From the NCBI GenBank assembly GCA_951406725.2, contig OX597838.1, forward strand, positions 8,184,001 through 8,248,000: a stretch of 64,000 nucleotides of DNA, in the 5' to 3' direction. The translations under genes and the position numbers were made by a program. Origin of the DNA: Octopus vulgaris (lineage: Eukaryota). Of this stretch, positions 55,125-64,000 are shown one piece after another (position 1 is the stretch's first letter; the number at the start of each line of letters is the position of its first letter). The notes below the pieces were generated by a model that did no database searches, had not been told where the DNA came from, and worked only from the letters and a program-made list of their open reading frames with translations.

Positions 55125-55282
55125 AGTTCAAATTCCGCCGAGGTCGACTTTGCCTTTCATCCTTTCGGGGTTGATAAATAAAGTACCAGTTTCGCACTGG
55201 GGTCGATGAAATCGACTTAATCCCTTTGTCTGTCCTTGTTTGTCCCCTCTGTGTTTAGCCCCTTGTGGGTAGTAAAGAAATA
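55125..55282 (+). mobile_element. 5'-truncated SINE family B with 9-bp TSD
   Basis: TSD taaatggtt at 55117-55125 and 55283-55291. Confidence 0.88.
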
Positions 55283-55296
55283 TAAATGGTTTGAAA

Positions 55297-55329
<33 letters not shown>

Positions 55330-56770
55330 GGTGGGGGTGGGTGATAATGGTGATTATGATAATGTTGGTGGGGTGGAAGCAGTGGTTGTGATATTTTGCT
55401 GATGTTGATGATGATGATGATGATGATGATGGTGGTGGTAGTGGTGGTGGTGGTGGTGGTGTTGGTGGTGTTGGTGGGTGTCGTCGTGGTGATGACGAGG
55501 ATGATATTTACATCTACCCAACATTCAGTCCCACGTGGTTTGTGGCGATTATTACATAAGTGCTATGTTGAAATTGGTTCCTCTCTCTTTCTCTCTCTCT
55601 CTCCTTCTCTATCTATCTATCTTTGTATCTCTCTATTTCTCTATTTACCTCTCTCTTGCTTTATTTATCTCTTTCTTTCTCTCTCTCTCTCTCTCTCTCC
55701 CTCTCTTTCTATCTGTCAATCATTCTATCTTTCGCAACTTTCTCCCTCTCTTCTTCTCTCTCACTCTCACTATCCCTTAATCTCTATCCCTCTCTGTCTA
55801 TCACTTACCTCCTCTCTATCAACCTATTTCTCTATCTATCTCTTTCCCTCAGTACCCCCTCTCTCTCTCTCTATGTGTTTATCTCTCTCCCTCTATTTAT
55901 CTATCTCCATCCCACGCCTCACTCTCAGCCTCTCTCTCTCCCTCTCCCCCACCCTTATTAAAACCGACCTAACCCCTAACATGCAATGAGTCTCGTGAGA
56001 TCAGATCGAGCCACATTTACATTCATCTGCAGACTAAACGGTCACGTGTTTGAGTTACTGCATCTGCAACCTACATGAAATCCGGTCAAAGTCAGCACTG
56101 CCCTGATATGGGGTCAGAGGACGCTTTGGCCTTATATTCCTTATATTCTCACCACAAACTCCTCGGGTATTGCCGTGTTGGAGCCACCCAAGAACCGGAT
56201 ATAATGCGTACAAGGAGAGATGTATGAGCAAAGTTATCTAGCTATCTCCTTGTCTATCTCTATCTTGTCTTTTTCTGTTTGTCTGCCTCTATCTGTCTGT
56301 CTGTCTGACTCTGTCCACCTATCTACCTCTATCTATTTCTTTGTCTCTTTCTGTCTATCGGTATCTGTCTGCCTATCTCTGTCTGTCTATCTATCTCTAT
56401 TTTTCTATCTCTATCCGCCTCTATCACTCTATGCCTCTCTCTCACTCTCGCCCTGTCTCTCACTCTCGCCCTGTCTCTCTCTCTCTATCTATCTATCCAT
56501 CTAACCCCCCTTTTTTTGTCCTCTTTCTCTCCTTTTACGATCCCTTTTGATCGAAACTCCCCCTTCCTTTTTTTTTTTTTTTTTTTTTTTTTTAAACCTT
56601 CAAAAGAAAAGCTCTACCTTGTAATTTGTTCTATCTGTGTGCAGCCCTGTGTGGCTAATAAAGAAACATATCTATCTGTGTATCACTGTCTGTCCGTCTA
56701 ACTATCCGTCTACCTATCTCTCACGACCTGTATATCTGTCTGTCTGTCAAGCTATCTCACACTCGATCTT

Positions 56771-56821
<51 letters not shown>

Positions 56822-56974
56822 TTCGATAGATAGATAGATAGAGAGAGAGAGAGAAAATATAGATAGATAGATTGATAGATAGATATATATAGAGAGAGAT
56901 AGATAGACAGGCACAGACAGACAAGCAAAGATCCACCAAATAAGAGGGAACATTCGATATATATACATACATAT

Positions 56975-57052
<78 letters not shown>

Positions 57053-57172
57053 ATATATACAATAAACATATATACGTGTAGTTAAATATATATATTTTTG
57101 AAGAGATAAATATGTAATATAAATTAGGTAAATACATAAGCACGCACGCAGGCGTCTATGCAAAAAGATGTG

Positions 57173-58053
57173 TACGTGGTCTGACCAATAAGAATCAGGA
57201 CTGTTGCTATAGTAACAAGGCTAAAGCACGCAAAGTAAAGCTGCTTGGTACAGGTTGACCTTGAACTCTGCTGCGCTTGCGCGTTAAGTTTTAACGTTCT
57301 AGCTCACTTCCACTGTTTACAGCAGTGCTTGAAAGGAAGGTGTGTAGCGTGTGATCGTCGCATTGATCATGATAGAGAAAGTTGAGCAGAGAATATGCAT
57401 TAAATTTTGCCAAAAGTTTGGTGATACCTGCTCTTAGGCTTACGCAAAGTTTTCAAAAAGTTTTCATCGTTCTCGGCACAATCAAGATCTTCTGCAATTG
57501 AAATCCGTTTGTCCTTCTGTTAAGCTGAAAGCAGTTTTGGCACAAACCTGACATACACGTGTCTCATACCCAAATCTTCGGCGATAATGGACTGAACTGA
57601 ACCGTAGCTAATCTGCACATCCTCTGATAACTCACGGATGCTGATTCGACGATTTCCCCTCAAAGCTGCACGCACATCTATGATGTCCTTCTTAGTTCTG
57701 CTGATTGCGAGTCTCCCAGAACGTTCGTCAATATCGACAATTTTTCAGCCATCTTTGAAACGCCTGAACCCCTCGTACACTTGTGTGCGGCCCATACACC
57801 CTTCTCCATACATTTTCTGCACCTTTACGTAGGCTTCTCAGCAGGTATCGCCATGACAAATTTCTCTGCCATCACACGCTACACACCTTCCTTCCAAGCA
57901 CTGCAGTAAACAGCGGAAGTGAGCTAGGGCGTTAAAACTTAATGCACATGCACAGCAAAGTCCAAGCTCAATCTGTACCAAGCAGCTTTACTCTGCATCT
58001 TTTAGCTTCGTTACTATAGCAACAGTCCTGATATTTATTGATGAGACCTCGTA
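57173..58053. mobile_element. Fold-back mariner derivative composed of two left ends
   Basis: TA-cgtggtctgaccaataagaatcaggactgttgctatagtaac ... gttactatagcaacagtcctgatatttattgatgagacctcg-TA; inverted arms of ~230-270 bp. Confidence 0.9.
57450..57852 (-). pseudogene. Mariner transposase N-terminal remnant (HTH domains and WVPHEL-like linker)
   Basis: GDTC*EAYVKVQKMYGEGCMGRTQVYEGFRRFKDG*KIVDIDERSGR...NRRISIRELSEDVQISYGSVQSIIAEDLGMRHVYVRFVPKLLSA*QKDKRI...ENDENFLK. Confidence 0.9.
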
Positions 58054-58273
58054 TTTATACATGAGTATATTAGTATGTGAATGGATCGATGGCGAGCAGT
58101 ACAAACATGTCTTGGATATGGCCGCGTCTATATTGAAGATGAAAACATGTCGTTGGACGTCGAGGATATCTCACAGTGTATTGATATGATATTCGATATT
58201 GATTGAATATCATACTAATAGGACATATGGATAGATGTCATATCCGTTTCATGTGTGTATACGAGTGTCTGCG

Positions 58274-58307
<34 letters not shown>

Positions 58308-58347
58308 ACATACATATATATACGTATACATATATATATATTGATAT

Positions 58348-58401
<54 letters not shown>

Positions 58402-58480
58402 ATTCCGCTCTGCATATTTTTTCTCTCCTTGTTTTTTCTGGTTCTTTCGTATATATAAAGATTGTTTTATTTATATTCTG

Positions 58481-58670
58481 AGGGAGAGTTTACGAAAAAA
58501 AAAAAACAAAAGACGAAGACAGGTGGTGTACAAAACAAACAGATGTATTAGTATAACGCTCAGGAATAGAAAAAGTCTTTTACGTTTCGAGCCTACGCTC
58601 TTCTACAGAAAGGGACACAGAAAAAAAAAAACAAGGAGAGAAAGAAAATGTGTGTAGTGGCTAACGATCT
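58481..58670 (-). mobile_element. Hammerhead-bearing element, same family as 52556-52740
   Basis: Colinear reverse-complement match; abuts (TA)n. Confidence 0.8.
58577..58612 (-). ncRNA. Minimal type-I hammerhead ribozyme-like motif (core CUGUAGA), best-preserved stems
   Basis: cttt CTGTAGA a gagc-gtag-gctc GAAA cg TA aaag. Confidence 0.58.
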
Positions 58671-58771
58671 ATTATATATATATATATATATATATATACA
58701 TACATGCATAAATACACACACACACACACAGATTTATATAACTATGCATTAGTGTGCGTGTATGTGTGTGT

Positions 58772-58836
<65 letters not shown>

Positions 58837-59179
58837 TAATACGATATTTCTCTTATCTGAACCCATTTCTATAACCAAACGCTTCAAAACAATTCAATAC
58901 TTCATCATTACTGATATTTCCTTTCTGTTTTCTTGTGTGAAACCGGTTGGATCTATTCGATGTGAAATGCGGAGATGTGGGTGGGGGGAGGGGAGGGATG
59001 CGAGGTCGAAAGAGAGAACCGAAAGGTGTAGACTGGTAACACTCCCTAATCCTCCTCCGCCGCCGCCCTTGCCCCCCCCCTCCGCTGCGACACCCCCACT
59101 TCTTTATCTTTGCTCACTTCATCAAACTCTATAATTATTATTAGCGTTACATACATATTCTTACACCACGGCACCGAGT

Positions 59180-59760
59180 TGGTGGAGGGCGGCGGGGGGC
59201 TGATGGTGGGGGGATAGGGGTGGGTGTAGTGGGGGAGTGGGTAAGCGTTGCTGGTATTGGAGATGGTTATAGCTGTAAAGGTGGGGTTCCTGTGATGATG
59301 GTGGTGGCGGTGGTGGTGGTGGTGGTGGTTGTGGTGGCGGCGGTGTTGGTAGTGGTGGTGGTTGTGGTGGTGGTGGTGGCGGCGGCGGTGGTGGTGGTGG
59401 TGTTGGTGCTGGTGGTGGTGGTGGTGGTGGTGGTGGTGGTGGTGGTGGTGGTGGTGGTGGTGGTGGTGGTGGTGGTGTTGGTAGCTGTGGTAAAGGTGGC
59501 GGGGGTGGAGGTGGAGGTGGGAAATGGGGGTGGTGGTGGTGGTGGTGGTGGGGAGGTTAAGCGTTGGCATTTTGAAATGGTTCTAGTTTGTAAAGGCGGG
59601 TGTTGCTGTGAATGTGTGGCGGTGGAACCGGTGTTGGTAGCTGTGGAGGTGCTAGTAGTGGCGGGGGGGGGGGGATGCTTGTGATGGGGATTGAGGGTAG
59701 GAGTGGAAGGAGCAACGGTGTTGGAGGTAGTTATGGAAATGGGGATGGGGGGCGATAGTT
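59180..59760. repeat. G-rich (GGT)n low-complexity tract
   Basis: Directly visible. Confidence 0.92.
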
Positions 59761-59913
59761 GTGAATCTGGTGGCAGTGTTGTCACTTAACCAGAAAGAAA
59801 TAGCAGTCAAAGCACCTTCCGATCTCGATAAACTGAAGTACGAGTCAAACACGTGGCTTCATACTATTGACCATTTTCCCTTCCATCAAAATAGAACAAA
59901 GGTGTTTTATCAA

Positions 59914-59967
<54 letters not shown>

Positions 59968-59990
59968 TTATTATTTTTTATTATTATTTC

Positions 59991-60061
<71 letters not shown>

Positions 60062-60083
60062 TTCATTAATATTATTATTGAAA

Positions 60084-60445
60084 GCGGCGAGCTGGCAGAA
60101 TCGTTAGCACGCCGGGCGAAATGCTTTGCGGTATTTCGTCCGCCGTTACGTTGTGAGTTCAAATTCCGCCGAGGTCGACTTTGCCTTTCATCCTTTCGGA
60201 GTCGATTAAATAAGTACCAGTTACGCACTGGACTCAATGTAATCGATTTAATACCTATGTCTGACCTTGTTTGTCCCCTCTATGTTTAGCCCCTTGTGGG
60301 TAGTAAAGAAATAGGCATTTTGTCTGCCGCTACGTTTTGAGTTCAAATTCCGCCGAGGTCGACTTTGCCTTTCATCCTCTCGGGGTCGATAAATGAATGG
60401 GGTCGATGTGATTCACTAGTCCCTTCCCCTCAAATTTGAGGCCTT
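60084..60445 (+). mobile_element. SINE family B dimer (full copy plus truncated copy with alternative tail)
   Basis: Same junction architecture as 3760-4172 (aaagaaatagg(c/t)attt(t/c)gtctgccg). Confidence 0.87.
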
Positions 60446-60711
60446 TTATGTACAAATAAAAACAAATATAGGAAGTCCGTTCTGTATGCCATTTTCTTGT
60501 ATATCACTCTGTGTAAAATACGATATTAATTCAGGATTACAACCATGGATCGACAAAGTTGATTGATGGCCGACCCAGCTTTAGGATTACATGGAGTTTT
60601 ATACGAATCTCAAAACCTTTTGTTTGCCAGGTGTCTTTGCATTTCCAGAGAACTTGAGAAGTATTTTTCCTGCATTGATAATACCTTATTTCTTACAGAA
60701 AAATACACACA

Positions 60712-60845
<134 letters not shown>

Positions 60846-60992
60846 ACGTATATATGTATATATATTTCTTATTCTTTTATTCTTTTATTTCATTCTTTTA
60901 CTTGTTTCAATCATTTGACTGCGACCATGCTGGAGCATCGCCTTTTTAGTCGAACAATACACACACACACACTGACAAGGACATACGGACAC

Positions 60993-61041
<49 letters not shown>

Positions 61042-61356
61042 TATAGTTCAGGGGTATAGAAGCATAAATCTGTGTTTTCTTTTAAGACCAGCTGACGAAC
61101 TCTTGACAAGTTCCGGACGAATGTTAAGTGACATATATCTGCTTCGGACAGAATATATAAAATGGCGGAACCCGCTTTCCGTACAGAAAATGTTATGAGT
61201 CTAATTGAATTTATTGGAATCTGCATTGGGACACTTTAGTGATAAATGCTTCGCTTTTGCATTAAAATGTCTCAAGTATATGTATGTATGTGTGTGTGGC
61301 AGTGTTTAGATATAGATAGATGTATTAGCATATGTATATATGTAAATGTATGTATG

Positions 61357-61496
<140 letters not shown>

Positions 61497-61807
61497 AGAG
61501 AGAGAGAGAAAGAGAGAGAGTGAGAGATTTAGAGACATATATATATATATAGATAGACTTGCAGATAGACAGATAAATGTGTAAGCATACATGCATATAT
61601 GTATAAACATGTATATATATATATATATGCGTGTGTATATGTGTATATGTATGTGTGTATATATATGTATATACATGCACATATATATATGTATATATAT
61701 ATAGGTATACATCTATATATATATATATATATACACACATACATACAAACATATACGTATATATATACTAATATGTGAGTGTCTGTGTGTGTGTGTATAT
61801 ATATATA

Positions 61808-61860
<53 letters not shown>

Positions 61861-61914
61861 TCATGTATGTAATTAACATGTACGACAAAATACATAAATC
61901 CATGTTACACATTT

Positions 61915-62232
61915 CGTTTGTCTTGTTTTAATCATTAAATAATGGCCACCGTTTTGAAGGATTTTAGTCGAATGAAGCGAGACCATTCCCTTCTCTTTTT
62001 TTTTTCCGTTGCAATTACTGGTACTTATTCTATCGCTTTCTCTTGCCGAAGTGCTTCGTTACCTGGACATAAACACACCACACGCGACGGGCTCCATTTA
62101 GTTTCCACATGACAATTCCAAACGGAAGGCTTTGGCCGGCCCGAGACACTAGAGCAAGGTGCCACGCACAGGGATTGCACCCGGATCCATGAGGTTGGGA
62201 ATTCATTTTCTCGCTACACAATCATGCACGCG
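61915..62232 (-). mobile_element. Degenerate SINE family C
   Basis: ggtacttattctatcg...cgacgggctcc...ggtgccacgcacagggattgcacccggatccatg. Confidence 0.65.
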
Positions 62233-62271
62233 CCTGTATATACATATACATACATACATATATATATATAC

Positions 62272-62369
<98 letters not shown>

Positions 62370-62455
62370 GTGTATGCATATATACTTTTCTGCATACTTA
62401 TGCATAGATTTCTGTGTGTATATATAATGTATATATATGTATGTATGAATATATG

Positions 62456-62535
<80 letters not shown>

Positions 62536-62776
62536 TGTGTGTGTATGTTTGTACATATCCCTATATATGTATATATAAATATATATGCGTGCTTACTCAT
62601 ATTTGTGGCAGGGTATATGTGAGAGCGTGTGTGTGTGGTTGTGAGAGTGTGTGTGTGTAACATCAGTATTTATACGAATTACTTTACTACAAGTAAATGT
62701 TAGCAAAACTGTAAATAATTGATAATAGTAAATATTCAAGTAACTCTCTCTCTCTACATATATATATATATACATA

Positions 62777-62817
<41 letters not shown>

Positions 62818-62822
62818 CTACA

Positions 62823-62861
<39 letters not shown>

Positions 62862-62954
62862 GTGTGTGTGTGTCTGTGTGTGTATGTATGTTTGTGTATA
62901 TATATACGTATATACATATATATATGGATATATATCTGTATACATATGTATATA

Positions 62955-63002
<48 letters not shown>

Positions 63003-63271
63003 TTGAGCAGACATTATTTCGAAGTCGACCATTACCCTTTATAAAATTCACTAAGTGTTGTACTCTGTATAAATGGATTCTGTATTACAATTAATTTATG
63101 TTGGACTAGTTATACACACACACACACACACATACACACACACTCATATATACACACACATACACATGTATGTATAAAATATTCATAAAAGCATTCACGT
63201 TTTCGTACGAATAAACACATTCACACGCACATACACATATGTCTGCGCGTGCGTGTGTGTGTGTGTGTGAA

Positions 63272-63326
<55 letters not shown>

Positions 63327-63637
63327 CATGCGGAATGCGATGAGAAAGAATACTCGGGAAAGCACGGAAAATACAATGGAGACGGACGACTCCCTCATCA
63401 ATTATCGAATAAGTATCATCACAATTTTATACATATATATATATGTGTGTGTGTGTATGTGTGTCTGCGTGTGTTTGTGTGTGTGTGTGTGTATGTGTGT
63501 ACGTGTGTGTCTGTGTGTGTGTGTGTACAGACGCACATATATATATATATATCTGTATGTATACTTATGTATGTGCATATATATAACCATATATATCTGT
63601 ATTTATATTAACACATACATACATGTATATATGTATG

Positions 63638-63671
<34 letters not shown>

Positions 63672-63681
63672 TGTATGTATG

Positions 63682-63713
<32 letters not shown>

Positions 63714-63769
63714 ATTGTATTCATGTATGTATATATGTATGTATGTATGTATGATTGTATTCATGTATG

Positions 63770-63833
<64 letters not shown>

Positions 63834-64000
63834 TGTATGTATGTATGTATGTATGTATGTATGTATGAAGAGATGAAACAGAATACATTTCTGTGTTGTT
63901 CCAGTGACAGAAGACCAGGAACATTTCTCAATAAATGATAGATGAGTTGAACCCTACTTATAGGGGTCATAGCCTTAATGCAGTGAGTATTGATCCCCAA

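Noticed and set aside
55967-55980. Telomere-like cctaacccctaac
   Set aside because: Only two imperfect units.

Overview
This is repeat-saturated, AT-rich eukaryotic non-coding DNA (intron or intergenic). The extreme microsatellite load and the SINE families suggest a coleoid cephalopod, probably Octopus; that is inference, not a database result. I find no credible host protein-coding exon, and most listed ORFs are microsatellite translations. Recognisable content: (1) at least four tRNA-derived SINE families, some copies with target-site duplications; (2) a decayed DD34D mariner and a fold-back mariner built from two left ends; (3) a pogo/Tigger-like MITE and a HINE/Helentron-like end; (4) fragments of R4/Dong-like, RTE-like and Penelope (GIY-YIG) retroelements; (5) minisatellites and higher-order triplet repeats. 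The most interesting signal is a set of ~200-bp non-coding elements embedded in (TA)n/(TAA)n tracts. They carry minimal type-I hammerhead-ribozyme folds (7 motif copies) with covarying stems, and one subfamily has a recurrent non-canonical core (CUGUNGA instead of CUGANGA). They look like Penelope-associated, retrozyme-like elements. Element boundaries were read by eye and are approximate.
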